Shown piece after piece: positions 31,406 through 41,553 of a stretch of 45,040 nt of DNA; the first letter of the stretch is position 1; each line of letters starts with the position of its first letter. The DNA is taken from the sequence record SRR20825019_1269; one strand, written 5' to 3'. The position numbers were made by a program, and so were the translations under genes. Below the pieces are notes generated by a model. The model saw only the letters and a list, made by a program, of their open reading frames with translations, was not told where the DNA came from and searched no databases.

Positions 31406-32416
31406 TCACAATGTCATTGTATCCAGCGATTGGTTGCAGTCATTGACGCGGGCCACGAACGCCTCGGAAAACACCTCGGGGAGGCTGGCCGTGACAGACA
31501 GGACCCAGGTGTTGTCAGGGGCGATCCCGCGGCACTTGACCGCATCCTTGGCGGTCATCACCAGCCATTCACCGTCTTCGGAGTGCAGGTCGGCGGGCGT
31601 AAAACGATGATGGTCCGGCAAGGCAAGAGGCCTGACCTGGGCCCCCAGCGCCATCAGTGTATCGAAAAACCGGCTGGGATTACCGATCCCTGCCACTGCC
31701 CTCACGCGCCGGCCTTCCAGGCATTTCGGAGACAGCACTTCTCCGGTCACAAGGTTGCGCAGCTCAGTAGGGGCCAGGGTCATGGTGAACTGGCGCTCAT
31801 GCTCGAGCTCGTCGAGATGGCCGCCATTGGTGATCACGAAGTCGACGGATTCCAGCCGCGCCAGAGGTTCACGCAACGGCCCCACGGGAATCAGGGCGCC
31901 GTTGCCGACACCACGGGCCGCATCGAAGACGGCAAGTTCAATATCCCGGGGAAGCCGATAATGCTGGAGCCCGTCGTCGCACACCAGAATGGTACCCAGC
32001 CCTTGCTCCAGTGCCCATAGGGCACCCCGTCTGCGATCCGGGTCCACCACAACCGGGCATCCCGATTGCGCGGCCAGCATTACCGGCTCGTCACCGGCGA
32101 TCCTGGCGTCGGTGTCAGCGTTGACCAACAGCGGATAGCGATCAGACTTGCCACCGTAGCCACGGCTCAGGATCACTGGCTGCCAACCCTGGTCCTTCAG
32201 CAGACTGGTGAGAGCGGCAGTCAGCGGGGATTTTCCTGTGCCCCCGGCGGTGATATTGCCCACCACCACCACGGGAACCGGAATGCGTTCGTTCATCGCC
32301 TGCCAGGCCCGGCGGCGACGGTTTTCAGAAATGGTGCGGTAGAGCCAGACCAGCGGATACAACGGCCACAGGGGGCGCCTACCGCTGTACCATACCCGTT
32401 CCACCAGCGTGGTCAT
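31406..32416 (-). CDS. lpxK: Tetraacyldisaccharide 4'-kinase
   Basis: [35 protein letters not shown]. Confidence 0.96.
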   Translation of the reverse strand: MTTLVERVWYSGRRPLWPLYPLVWLYRTISENRRRRAWQAMNERIPVPVVVVGNITAGGTGKSPLTAALTSLLKDQGWQPVILSRGYGGKSDRYPLLVNADTDARIAGDEPVMLAAQSGCPVVVDPDRRRGALWALEQGLGTILVCDDGLQHYRLPRDIELAVFDAARGVGNGALIPVGPLREPLARLESVDFVITNGGHLDELEHERQFTMTLAPTELRNLVTGEVLSPKCLEGRRVRAVAGIGNPSRFFDTLMALGAQVRPLALPDHHRFTPADLHSEDGEWLVMTAKDAVKCRGIAPDNTWVLSVTASLPEVFSEAFVARVNDCNQSLDTMTL

Positions 32417-34188
32417 GCCTGCTCGCTGAACTGCATCTGGTGGAGCTGGGCGTAGGCGCCGCCCTCGGCCAGCAATTCATCATGGCGACCGGACTCGACA
32501 ATTCTGCCGCCATCCATCACCAGGATGCGATCCGCCTTTTCAATGGTTGATAGCCGGTGGGCAATGACCAACGTTGTACGACCCTGCATGACGGTTTCCA
32601 GTGCATCCTGTATGTGCCGTTCCGATTCCGTATCGAGGGCCGATGTTGCCTCGTCCAGGATCAGCACCGGTGCGTTTTTCAGCAGGGCCCTTGCAATGGC
32701 CAGTCGCTGGCGCTGGCCGCCGGAAAGCATCACGCCGTTGTCACCAATCATGGTATCCAGACCTTCCGGCATACGCTCGATGAACTCCAGCGCATGGGCC
32801 TTGGCCGCTGCATCAGTGATTTGCTCGCGACTGCAGTGGCGGAGGGCGCCATAGGCAATGTTGGCCGCAATGGTGTCGTTGAAAAGAACCACGTTCTGGG
32901 TCACCAGCGCGATCTGTGAGCGCAGGGCTTCCAGGCTGAATTCTTTCAGGGAGTGGCCGTCCAGACGGACATCCCCACCGGTGTACTCGTAGAAACGAGG
33001 CAAAAGACTGACCAGTGTCGACTTGCCACTGCCCGAACGCCCGACCAGGGCAACACTCTGACCGGCGGGTATGTTCAGGGAAATATCCTTGAGAACGTCG
33101 TCCAACTGGTCACGATAGCGGAAGGACACGCTTTCAAATTCAATGTTGCCGTTAACCCGTTCCGGCGCGTAGGTGCCCGGATCGTGTTCCGGTTCCTCGT
33201 CCATGGTTCCGAAGACGTCGTGGGCAGCGGCAACGCCACGCTGGATCTTGGCATGTACAGACGTTACCTGGCGAATGGGCTTGGCCATGGTTGTTGCGGC
33301 GGTAATGAAGGCCACAAGCTGGCCGGTACTCATTTCGCCACGGATCTCCGGCGCCAGCATGGTCCACACCAGTGCCGCGATGGCAATCGCCACCAGCACC
33401 TGGATAACCGGGATACTGATGGCCTGGGTGGAAGCCATCTTCAGGCTCTGCTCCAGGTTTTTCTCACTGACCTTGCGGAAGCGGTCGCGCTCATAGTGCT
33501 CGCCGCCAAAGGTACGAACCACCCGATAGCCACTGATGGACTCGGAAGCCGCATGGGTAATATCGCCCATCGATCCCTGGATACGTTTGCTGATTTTGCG
33601 GAAGCGCTTACTCGCGTAGCTGACCACCAGGGCAATCAACGGCCCCACGGCCAGGAATACGAGGGTCAACTTCCAGTTGGTGTAAATCATAAAGCCCAGC
33701 AGACCCAGGATGGTAAGCCCTTCCCTGAGGGTGATGGTCACGGCGTTGGTCGTGGCATCTGCCACCTGCTCAACATTGTATGTGATCTTCGAAACCAGAC
33801 GGCCGGAAGCGTTCTCATCGAAATAGCGGGACGGCAGGCTCAGCAAACGGTCGAAGACTTGCTGGCGCAGAGCGTTAATAACCTGCCGCCCAACGTAACT
33901 GATGAAATACTGGCTCATGAAGGTGCCGACACCGCGAAAGGCAAACACACCGACAATCAGCAACGTCAGCAGAATCCGGTTCTTGTCGGTGGGGTTTTCC
34001 AGTGCCGTGATGACGTATTCCATCGCCGCAGCCATACCGGTGGAGGCCGCTGCGTAGATGATATTGCCAATCACGGCGAGCGAGAACGCCAGCCAGAAAG
34101 GCTTTACGTAAGCCAACAGGCGTTTGTAGGTTCCCCAGTTGGATGCCGGCTGGTGTGACTCTTCGGCTATCGACGTGGCGTCACTCAC
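32413..34188 (-). CDS. msbA: Lipid A-core flippase MsbA
   Basis: TMD plus NBD (GRSGSGKS, LSGGQRQR, ILDEATSALD); GTG start at 34188 overlapping the exbD stop. Confidence 0.95.
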   Translation of the reverse strand: MSDATSIAEESHQPASNWGTYKRLLAYVKPFWLAFSLAVIGNIIYAAASTGMAAAMEYVITALENPTDKNRILLTLLIVGVFAFRGVGTFMSQYFISYVGRQVINALRQQVFDRLLSLPSRYFDENASGRLVSKITYNVEQVADATTNAVTITLREGLTILGLLGFMIYTNWKLTLVFLAVGPLIALVVSYASKRFRKISKRIQGSMGDITHAASESISGYRVVRTFGGEHYERDRFRKVSEKNLEQSLKMASTQAISIPVIQVLVAIAIAALVWTMLAPEIRGEMSTGQLVAFITAATTMAKPIRQVTSVHAKIQRGVAAAHDVFGTMDEEPEHDPGTYAPERVNGNIEFESVSFRYRDQLDDVLKDISLNIPAGQSVALVGRSGSGKSTLVSLLPRFYEYTGGDVRLDGHSLKEFSLEALRSQIALVTQNVVLFNDTIAANIAYGALRHCSREQITDAAAKAHALEFIERMPEGLDTMIGDNGVMLSGGQRQRLAIARALLKNAPVLILDEATSALDTESERHIQDALETVMQGRTTLVIAHRLSTIEKADRILVMDGGRIVESGRHDELLAEGGAYAQLHQMQFSEQA

Positions 34189-34606
34189 TGCCTTCCGCCT
34201 CTCGTTCGGTGGTGATGCTGAGTTTGGCAAAACCAAGACGACCCGCCACATCCATGGCACGCACGACGAACTCGTGAGGGGTACGGGCATCCGCGGTGAT
34301 GATGAACGGCAGAGACGTGTTGTCCTGTGCCAGTTCACTAACCGCCCTTTCCAGGGTTTCCCGACGATTATTCACCAGGGTTCGGTCGTTGAGGATGTAC
34401 TGGCCCTCGGCGTTGATGACCACATCAATCAACTCCGCCTCGGATTCCGACCGCTCACCGTTGGCTTCCGGCAATTCGATATTGAGGTGGCTCTCACGGG
34501 TAAACGTGGTGGACACCATAAAGAATATCAGCAGCAGGAAGACCACATCGATCAGTGGCGTCAGGTCTACCCCGACTTCCTGACTTCTCTGACGCTTGAA
34601 CTTCAC
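34181..34606 (-). CDS. exbD: ExbD/TolR-family protein
   Basis: DLTPLIDVVFLLLIFFMVSTTF motif. Confidence 0.9.
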   Translation of the reverse strand: MKFKRQRSQEVGVDLTPLIDVVFLLLIFFMVSTTFTRESHLNIELPEANGERSESEAELIDVVINAEGQYILNDRTLVNNRRETLERAVSELAQDNTSLPFIITADARTPHEFVVRAMDVAGRLGFAKLSITTEREAEGSE

Positions 34607-34611
34607 AGTGT

Positions 34612-35238
34612 TCAGGCTCCTTCCACGTCAATTTCGCGGTCGCCATGCACCACTTCCACAAGCTTGATGGCTTCCTGCTCCATGCCGACAACCAACTCAT
34701 CGACACGTCGAATAAAGTAACGGTGGCAGATCAGTGCTGGTATGGCCACGCTCAGGCCCGAAGCCGTCGTAATCAGTGCTTCCGAAATACCCCCGGCCAG
34801 ATTACCGGCATCGCCTACACCGGCGAGCTGGATCTCTGCAAACACCTTGATCATGCCGATCACGGTCCCGAGCAGGCCCAGGAGAGGCGTAATGGTCGCA
34901 ACGGTCCCGAGGGGGTTCAGGAAACGTTCCAGTTCATGAATGACCTGACTCGCCTCGTGCTCAATGCTTTCCTTCATGATCTCGCGACCATGTTTGGCAT
35001 TCATCAACCCGCCGGCCAGGATCCGCCCCAGGGGAGACGACCCCTGCAGTGCCTTGAGTTTGCGCCCGTTAAGCTCCTTTTTCTTGATCCACCGCCACAG
35101 TTCGTTGATGGTGTGCTGAGGCGTTACCCTGGACGGTCTGAGCGTCCAGAAGCGCTCTAGAATGATGGCAAGGGCAAGAATGGAACAGGCAAGAATCGGC
35201 ACCATGAGGATGCCACCGGCTTTCAAAAGCTCGAACAC
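34612..35238 (-). CDS. exbB: MotA/TolQ/ExbB proton channel protein
   Basis: PLLGLLGTVIGMI and GISEALITTASGL motifs. Confidence 0.9.
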   Translation of the reverse strand: MFELLKAGGILMVPILACSILALAIILERFWTLRPSRVTPQHTINELWRWIKKKELNGRKLKALQGSSPLGRILAGGLMNAKHGREIMKESIEHEASQVIHELERFLNPLGTVATITPLLGLLGTVIGMIKVFAEIQLAGVGDAGNLAGGISEALITTASGLSVAIPALICHRYFIRRVDELVVGMEQEAIKLVEVVHGDREIDVEGA

Positions 35239-35330
35239 GCTTGGTCTCCCTGATTGTTTACAAGCCGCGCTACTTTAGCATAGCTGCCGGTGTAGGCCAC
35301 ACCCGGAATGTCACGGTTTTTACACTCTGT

Positions 35331-37769
35331 TCAGGGAGTTTCGGGTTTACGAATCCAGAACGGGGTCGCGGCCCTTGCCTTTGTGGTTATCACTCCACCC
35401 GGCTCCAGAACCAGCCTGATCGCGCCGGAGGTAGCGGTATTGGCGATATCGCTGCCAACGGACTGATACCGTTCAACCACGTCTGCATGGGGATGACCGA
35501 AACGGTGCCGGTAGCCAGCACTGACTACGGCGAGATTCGGAGCCATCCAGGCGACCCAAGGTTCCGATGAGGACGTTTTGCTGCCATGGTGGGGTGCCAG
35601 CACAACCCGATAGCGGTCGGTATCATTCCGATAATGGTCGGCCCGGGCCATAAACTCCTCTTCCACCCGGCGGGTTATGTCGCCAGGCAACACCACCTCA
35701 ACGGGCGGGACAGCCGACGATACTGTCAGCACACAGGACGCGTCATTACCCTCAACCCTGCCCCGGCTTTGCCAGAGTTCCAGTTCCAGATCGCCCATCT
35801 TGACATCCACCTGGCCAGAACAGGGCTCAACCTTTACGCCTACGGGCAACTTGTCGGCAACTCTCCCGGGTTCGCCGGTAACAATCCGCCCGACTTTGAA
35901 TCGGTCGAACAGCAATGGCAGCCCTCCGGCGTGGTCACCATCGCCGTGGCTGATTACCAGGGTATCAATGCGGCGTACGCCCAGAGCATTCAGATTGGGA
36001 ATCAGCACCGACTCCACCGACGAGTAGACTCCCTCCAGTGCCGGGCCAGTGTCGTAGAGCAGCACCCGGTCCCGCTCGCGAAGCATGACGGATAGCCCCT
36101 GGCCGACATCCCATACCCAGATTTCAGGGTGGGCGACCGTCTCGTTCGCCCCCTCCATCCCTTCGCCCCGAAACACGATCATGGCAATCCATAACGACGT
36201 GACACAGGCAGCCGCCTTCCGAAACCCGTTGAAAGGGACCAGCAGGGCCATCAGAACCACCAAGGAAAACCCCGCAACCTGCAATGGGGCGGGCACCGTC
36301 AGCACAAGATCAACGTTCGCGAGCCAGGAAAGCCCCTGCCACAGAACCCCAAAAACGGCATCCAGCACGCCAATCACCAGGGCATCCGCAGAGGGGAGCA
36401 ATACCAGTACAAACGCTCCCACGACCAATAACGGCATGACCACCAGCGATACCCAGGGAATGGCAAACAGGTTGGCTACCAGACCGAGCACAGGCTGAGG
36501 CTGCCCCAGGGTGGATAATATCGGCCAGAGCCCGGCAAAGACGGCCACTTGGGCCAGCAATAGCCCCGTGAGCCAACCAGTCCTGCCAACACGGAGGGCA
36601 AACAGCAACACCAGAACCATCACGGCGCCGAAAGACAGCCAGAACCCCTGGTCCAGAGGCGAAAACGAATCACTTAACAACACCAGGGCCAGCGCGGTCA
36701 GCAGCCCCGTAAAAACCCCGGTTTGCCGAGCGCCAACGAGAACCCACCCGGCGATGATGACCATAATAAGCGCCCGCCTGGTGGGCACGGAGAACCCGGC
36801 CACAAGCGCATACCCGATGCTCGCACTGGCGACCACAAGGAAAACCAGCATTCTTAGTGCCGCAGGCGATACTCGACGTTCAGGAAGACAAAGCAGCAGG
36901 CGGCGGCACAGGAAGCCTGCCCCAGCGGCAATCAACCCCAGATGCAGACCCGAAATAGCAACCAGGTGAATGGTTCCGGTAGCTTTCAGAACGTCCCAGT
37001 GTTCGGGCTGCATATGCCCGCGGTAGCCCATCATCAGGGACGTTATTAATGGGAAATGGCGCGCATCAGACAGCCTGCCCGAGACAGCGTCCACCAGTTC
37101 TCCCCGCCAGCGGTGATACCGGCAACGAAACGGGCACTCAAGGTGGTCTGAGCGGGAAAGCTCGCGGACTGTGCCGGTGGCACCAAACCCCTTCCGATAC
37201 AGCCAGGATTCGTAGCGGAACCCCTCCGGATTCACGGCACCGTGGGGGCGCTTGAGCGCAACCGTGAGTATCAGCCGATGACCGGGCCTGGTCGAGGCCT
37301 CATCGCCGTACCAGGCGAGTCGCAACCGATCCGGCAAATCCTCATCGGAAAAGGTACTGTCGCCTTCGGGCAGATGCCATTGAGTCACGCAAAAGGCGAA
37401 ACGGACGCTACCGAAGCTGCCTTCGGATGGGACATCACAAAGATACCCCGAGACGTCCAGTTCCAGGCCTTCCAGTGTCGTCGGTAGCACCGACTGCTGC
37501 CGGCCGTCCGCTTGCAGCGCCGCCCAGGCCAGGCCAACAATCCAACCAGCAAGCAGGACTGCGACCGCCCTGAACAGCGGAGACCTGGCGAGAAGTATCG
37601 CGACAAACGGGATAGGTGTCGCGGAAATCAGCCAGTGCAAAGGTGGCAAGACCGCCAAGCTATACAGTAAGATAACGCCGCAGGCGAAGCCCACGAGGCC
37701 GACCCTGGCCATAAAACTTCCGGACAATCCTTGTCCTCCTGATAGTTGGTCAATTCCGGGAGCCGCCAT
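35331..37769 (-). CDS. comEC: DNA internalisation competence protein ComEC/Rec2
   Basis: HLVAISGLH competence-domain motif; metallo-beta-lactamase domain (DVGQG, SHGDGDHAGG, PHHGS, FGHPH). The start may be 37712. Confidence 0.93.
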   Translation of the reverse strand: MAAPGIDQLSGGQGLSGSFMARVGLVGFACGVILLYSLAVLPPLHWLISATPIPFVAILLARSPLFRAVAVLLAGWIVGLAWAALQADGRQQSVLPTTLEGLELDVSGYLCDVPSEGSFGSVRFAFCVTQWHLPEGDSTFSDEDLPDRLRLAWYGDEASTRPGHRLILTVALKRPHGAVNPEGFRYESWLYRKGFGATGTVRELSRSDHLECPFRCRYHRWRGELVDAVSGRLSDARHFPLITSLMMGYRGHMQPEHWDVLKATGTIHLVAISGLHLGLIAAGAGFLCRRLLLCLPERRVSPAALRMLVFLVVASASIGYALVAGFSVPTRRALIMVIIAGWVLVGARQTGVFTGLLTALALVLLSDSFSPLDQGFWLSFGAVMVLVLLFALRVGRTGWLTGLLLAQVAVFAGLWPILSTLGQPQPVLGLVANLFAIPWVSLVVMPLLVVGAFVLVLLPSADALVIGVLDAVFGVLWQGLSWLANVDLVLTVPAPLQVAGFSLVVLMALLVPFNGFRKAAACVTSLWIAMIVFRGEGMEGANETVAHPEIWVWDVGQGLSVMLRERDRVLLYDTGPALEGVYSSVESVLIPNLNALGVRRIDTLVISHGDGDHAGGLPLLFDRFKVGRIVTGEPGRVADKLPVGVKVEPCSGQVDVKMGDLELELWQSRGRVEGNDASCVLTVSSAVPPVEVVLPGDITRRVEEEFMARADHYRNDTDRYRVVLAPHHGSKTSSSEPWVAWMAPNLAVVSAGYRHRFGHPHADVVERYQSVGSDIANTATSGAIRLVLEPGGVITTKARAATPFWIRKPETP

Positions 37770-37807
37770 ACCCCGGAACCATTATCCCGAGCAGGCAGAA
37801 CTTCCCA

Positions 37808-38380
37808 ATGCCAAAGAAGTTCATGAAACGCTATCTACCAACGCCGGAACGGGTGCGCTCGATCGAGTCGCTGCACTTCCTCGGAGATATCCTTCATGAA
37901 CCCAACTTGTGGCACATCAATCGCCACAGCGTCGCCAGGGCGTTCCTGGTCGGTATTTTCCTGACATTTATACCGATGCCGTTCCAGATGGTTGCCGCTG
38001 CCTTCTTCGCCATCTGGTTCAACGCCAACCTGCCGCTTTCGGTAGTGCTCGTCTGGATCAGCAATCCGGTGACCATGCCACCGATGTTCTACTTCAATTA
38101 CAAGATTGGAGCCTGGATACTGGACAGACCGGTACTGAACTTCGAGATCCAGTTGTCCTGGTCGTGGCTCAGCGGCCGCCTGATGGATATCGGCATCCCT
38201 CTCTACCTGGGCTCGGTACTGGTGGCCACCTGCTCGGCCTGCCTTGCCTATCTGGTCATTCAATTCCTGTGGCGGCGCAAGGTCCGCAGCGACTGGCGGG
38301 AGCGCCAGCTACTTCGAATACGCCACCGCCGGGCCACCCGCAAGTCCAAGCCGGGTGCCGACGCCCATCAAAGCTCCTGA
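37808..38380 (+). CDS. DUF2062-family membrane protein
   Basis: LWHINRHSVARA, IPMPFQM, WISNPVT, PLYLGS; usual position between comEC and lolD. Confidence 0.82.
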   Translation: MPKKFMKRYLPTPERVRSIESLHFLGDILHEPNLWHINRHSVARAFLVGIFLTFIPMPFQMVAAAFFAIWFNANLPLSVVLVWISNPVTMPPMFYFNYKIGAWILDRPVLNFEIQLSWSWLSGRLMDIGIPLYLGSVLVATCSACLAYLVIQFLWRRKVRSDWRERQLLRIRHRRATRKSKPGADAHQSS

Positions 38381-39078
38381 AACAGTTCACCCTGCTCCAG
38401 CCGAAGCACCCGCCCCAGGCTCCTGGCCATGGCCATATCGTGGGTGACCAACACGAACGCAATGCCAATCTGGTCCCTGAGCGACTCGATAAGCTCGCGG
38501 ACGCTTTCCCCGGTCTGCTCATCCAGATTGCCAGTGGGCTCATCCATCAAGACGCACTCGGGCTCGTTCACCAGGGCGCGGGCAATCGCCACCCGCTGAC
38601 GCTCACCACCAGACAGTTCTCCGGGTTTATGCCCCAGACGCGCGCCTAACCCGACACGTTCGAGAATGGCGGTTGCCTGTTCCGAGGCCTGGCGAACGCC
38701 ACGGCCACCCAACGCACCCGGCATCATGACGTTTTCCAGGGCCGAAAATTCCGGCAACAGATGATGGAACTGGTAAACAAACCCCAAGTGACGATTGCGA
38801 AAACGCGCCCGGCCGGATTCGCTCATCCGGTGAATATCCTGCCCGCAGATATCAATATGACCCGAAGAAGGTTTATCCAGCCCCCCGAGCAGGTTTAGCA
38901 GCGTGGTTTTGCCAGCACCACTGCTGCCAACAATGCCTACCGATTCGCCGGCCGATACCTGAAGCGAAATGTCCGAGAAAATCGTCAGCTTTCCCGGCCC
39001 TTCGTTATAGGTTCTGGTTACTTTTTCGCAGTTGATCACCAATGACCTGTCATCGTTCATGGTTGCTGAATCACTCAT
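38368..39078 (-). CDS. lolD: Lipoprotein-releasing ABC ATPase LolD
   Basis: GSSGAGKT, LolD motif LGFVYQFHHLL, LSGGERQR, DEPTGNLD. Confidence 0.94.
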   Translation of the reverse strand: MSDSATMNDDRSLVINCEKVTRTYNEGPGKLTIFSDISLQVSAGESVGIVGSSGAGKTTLLNLLGGLDKPSSGHIDICGQDIHRMSESGRARFRNRHLGFVYQFHHLLPEFSALENVMMPGALGGRGVRQASEQATAILERVGLGARLGHKPGELSGGERQRVAIARALVNEPECVLMDEPTGNLDEQTGESVRELIESLRDQIGIAFVLVTHDMAMARSLGRVLRLEQGELFQEL

Positions 39079-40312
39079 ATCGCAGGGCCTCTGCCGGGTC
39101 GACGCGGGATGCTCTCCACGCTGGATAGATCGTTGCCAACAGACTCATGGCGAGGCCGGCACCACTGATGATCCACACGTCCTGCCATTGCAGCTGGGAC
39201 GGCAGATAACTGATGAAATAGACGTCTGCACTCAGGAACTGATGCCCCATAAAGGCCTCCAGCCAGGCAATAAACCCGCTGATGTTGTAGGCACCCAGAA
39301 TGCCCAGCGCTGTGCCCACCAGGGTGCCGGTAATGCCAATCACCGCGCCCTGAACCATGAAGATCCGCATCACTCGCCCGGGTGTGGCGCCCATCGTGCG
39401 CAGGATAGCGATATCGGCTGTCTTGTCGGTAACCACCATCACCAGTGTCGACACAATGTTGAACGCGGCCACCGCGACGATGAACATCAGCAGCAGGCCG
39501 ATCATGGTCTTCTCCATGCGGATGGCCTGGAACAGATTGCCATGGGTTCGGGTCCAGTCAGATATGAAGTGGCGACCGCTCAGCTGGCGCGCAACTTCTT
39601 CTGCCACTTTCGGAGCCTGAAACAGATCGTCCACCAGAAGGCGCACGCCCTGGGCTTTGCCGTCGGTGCGTATGAGCTTTGATGCATCATCCATATGAAT
39701 CAGGGTGTAGTTGCCATCCAGTTCCGCCCCGACGCTGAATACGCCCTTGACCGTGAATCGCTTCAGTCGCGGCAATACCCCGGCTGGAGTTACCGATGCT
39801 TCCGGCAACACCACGGTGACCCGATCACCCAATTGCAGGCGCAGGCTGGCGGCCATCTGCCGGCCAATAATGATGCCAAACTCTCCGGACTTCAGATCGT
39901 CCAGCCCGCCTTCGATCATATGGTTTTCAATGATGGAAACGCTCCGCTCCTGCTCTGGCAGTACACCATTGAGCATGACGCCGCGAACGTCACCGCCACC
40001 CGTGACCATGCCCTGCCCCTGAATAAAGGGCGCTGCAGCGATCACCGATGGGTGTTGCTCTACTTTCCGGTCCACTTCCTGCCAGTCATCAAGATCAGGG
40101 TTACCCTGGATCACAGCGTGAGGCACCATGCCCAGAATCCGCTGCTTGAGCTCACGGTCGAAACCATTCATCACCGACAACACGATGATGAGGACAGCCA
40201 CGCCCAGCATCAGGCCAATCATGGAGGTCAGGGAAATGAACGAAATGAAGTGATTACGTCGTTTGGCCGCGGTGTACCGCAAGCCGACATACAGTGATAA
40301 GGGTCTGAACAT
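39071..40312 (-). CDS. Lipoprotein-releasing permease LolC/E family (single copy here)
   Basis: LSVMNGF, VAAFNIVSTLVMVV, IAILRTMGA, TIYPAWRA...PAEALRYE. Confidence 0.93.
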   Translation of the reverse strand: MFRPLSLYVGLRYTAAKRRNHFISFISLTSMIGLMLGVAVLIIVLSVMNGFDRELKQRILGMVPHAVIQGNPDLDDWQEVDRKVEQHPSVIAAAPFIQGQGMVTGGGDVRGVMLNGVLPEQERSVSIIENHMIEGGLDDLKSGEFGIIIGRQMAASLRLQLGDRVTVVLPEASVTPAGVLPRLKRFTVKGVFSVGAELDGNYTLIHMDDASKLIRTDGKAQGVRLLVDDLFQAPKVAEEVARQLSGRHFISDWTRTHGNLFQAIRMEKTMIGLLLMFIVAVAAFNIVSTLVMVVTDKTADIAILRTMGATPGRVMRIFMVQGAVIGITGTLVGTALGILGAYNISGFIAWLEAFMGHQFLSADVYFISYLPSQLQWQDVWIISGAGLAMSLLATIYPAWRASRVDPAEALRYE

Positions 40313-40426
40313 TGGGAGGAGCCTGTCGCTGCCTTCTGGTCTGTCGAAAATCCTGCGGCGATACGGACCGTCAGGAAGCTGCTAAACTGCTATCAGGAAA
40401 CAATAATACCGCGTTATGGAGCCCAG

Positions 40427-41014
40427 ATGTCTGAAACGACACCCGACAATAACCCGGCGAATAATCCTTCTGATCGCAGGGACTACTTTCGCATCAGTGA
40501 CCATATTGGCCTGGAAATCCGAACGCTGGGTCCTGGTGAAGCTAATCGGGAAAACCCCTTTAACGGCAATCACATGGAGAGCCTGCGTTCGGAATTCAGA
40601 CGCCTGGACCAGGATGTCAGGGCACAGCTCGCCAACCTGGCAGAACGTGACCGCCTGCTGACCTCGCTGATCAAGTCTCTGAACGGGAAGCTGGATACGT
40701 TGGCGCGCATTATGGCCTTTGAGCAAAATCCGTTGCAACCTGGGGACTGGCAGGACGTCACACTCAGTGAAGGCGGGCTGTCGTTCCACAGCTCCACCAA
40801 CCGTTTTTCCGCCGGTGACCAACTGGCCCTGAGAATGACGCTGCCACCGGAGCTGTTTCAGCCAGTGGCGACTGCCAGAGTCATCGACGTTGTACCTGAC
40901 AAAAGCGGCGGTGGCAGGGTTCATACGGAATTTACCGACATTCAGGACAGCGACCGACAGCAAATCGCCCGCCACGTGATGCGATGGCAGATCCGCCAGC
41001 GACAGAAAGAGTAA
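40427..41014 (+). CDS. PilZ-domain protein
   Basis: RRDYFR (RxxxR), LSEGG, C-terminal VHTEF...DRQQIARHV. Confidence 0.8.
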   Translation: MSETTPDNNPANNPSDRRDYFRISDHIGLEIRTLGPGEANRENPFNGNHMESLRSEFRRLDQDVRAQLANLAERDRLLTSLIKSLNGKLDTLARIMAFEQNPLQPGDWQDVTLSEGGLSFHSSTNRFSAGDQLALRMTLPPELFQPVATARVIDVVPDKSGGGRVHTEFTDIQDSDRQQIARHVMRWQIRQRQKE

Positions 41015-41170
41015 ACGGTCCACAAATCATCGAATTCGGGCTGACTTTTGTTAGTCTTTGGTGGATATTACGTTTTATCAATGTCTGGCGAGTACCATCC
41101 ACGGCACTTTCCAGATTTTCCAGGCAACCCCGTTCAATCGGATACGACGATCCCAGGGAGTAAGTCACTG

Positions 41171-41479
41171 ATGAAAAACCGCACCATAAAAGCCGTTTGC
41201 GCCACCGCAGCCCTCTCAGGACTGACGGTAGCCCCGCTTGCCACCGCGGTGGCGGAAGAGGTTCGGGTTCCAGTGATGTCGCAGGCTGAGCGCGGCGCAC
41301 AGGAAAACCTTCCACGTACTGGCATGAGTCAGTCCAGCGTTCGCAACGGCTGGGGCAACCCGATCCGCACCTCCGGGCCTGTGGGCAACCCACCCATATC
41401 ACAATGGCACTACGCGGATTTTGTCGTGTACTTTGAAGCCGATCGGGTGATCCATGCGGTGCTGAAGCCCAGCCGCTAA
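41171..41479 (+). CDS. Small exported hypothetical protein
   Basis: Sec signal (MKNR...AVA); GMSQSSVRNGWGNP...PPISQWHYADFVVYFE; GGAG SD before ATG 41171. Confidence 0.75.
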   Translation: MKNRTIKAVCATAALSGLTVAPLATAVAEEVRVPVMSQAERGAQENLPRTGMSQSSVRNGWGNPIRTSGPVGNPPISQWHYADFVVYFEADRVIHAVLKPSR

Positions 41480-41496
41480 AAAATCCTCTGCATATC

Positions 41497-41525
41497 CTGA
41501 CGCAACCCCGCTCGTTCGTTAGAAT
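41497..41525 (+). promoter_or_regulatory. sigma70 promoter for the deiminase-amidase-MoxR operon
   Basis: CTGACG, 17 bp, TAGAAT. Confidence 0.5.
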
Positions 41526-41553
41526 GGCGGCTTTTGGATAAGGTGTTCACAAC

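Noticed and set aside
34189..34338. Apparent N-terminal extension of MsbA (similarly AspS, XseA, GuaA, GuaB, PaaI, LMW-PTP, AguB, YbgC)
   Set aside because: ORF-caller longest-start artefacts; downstream starts with SD sequences or stop/start overlaps give family-typical lengths.
38368..38380. 13-bp 3' overlap of the convergent DUF2062 and lolD genes
   Set aside because: Short convergent overlaps are common and both frames are intact.
41020..41065. Loose hairpin after the PilZ gene as a possible sRNA
   Set aside because: Pairing is weak and irregular; at most a poor terminator.
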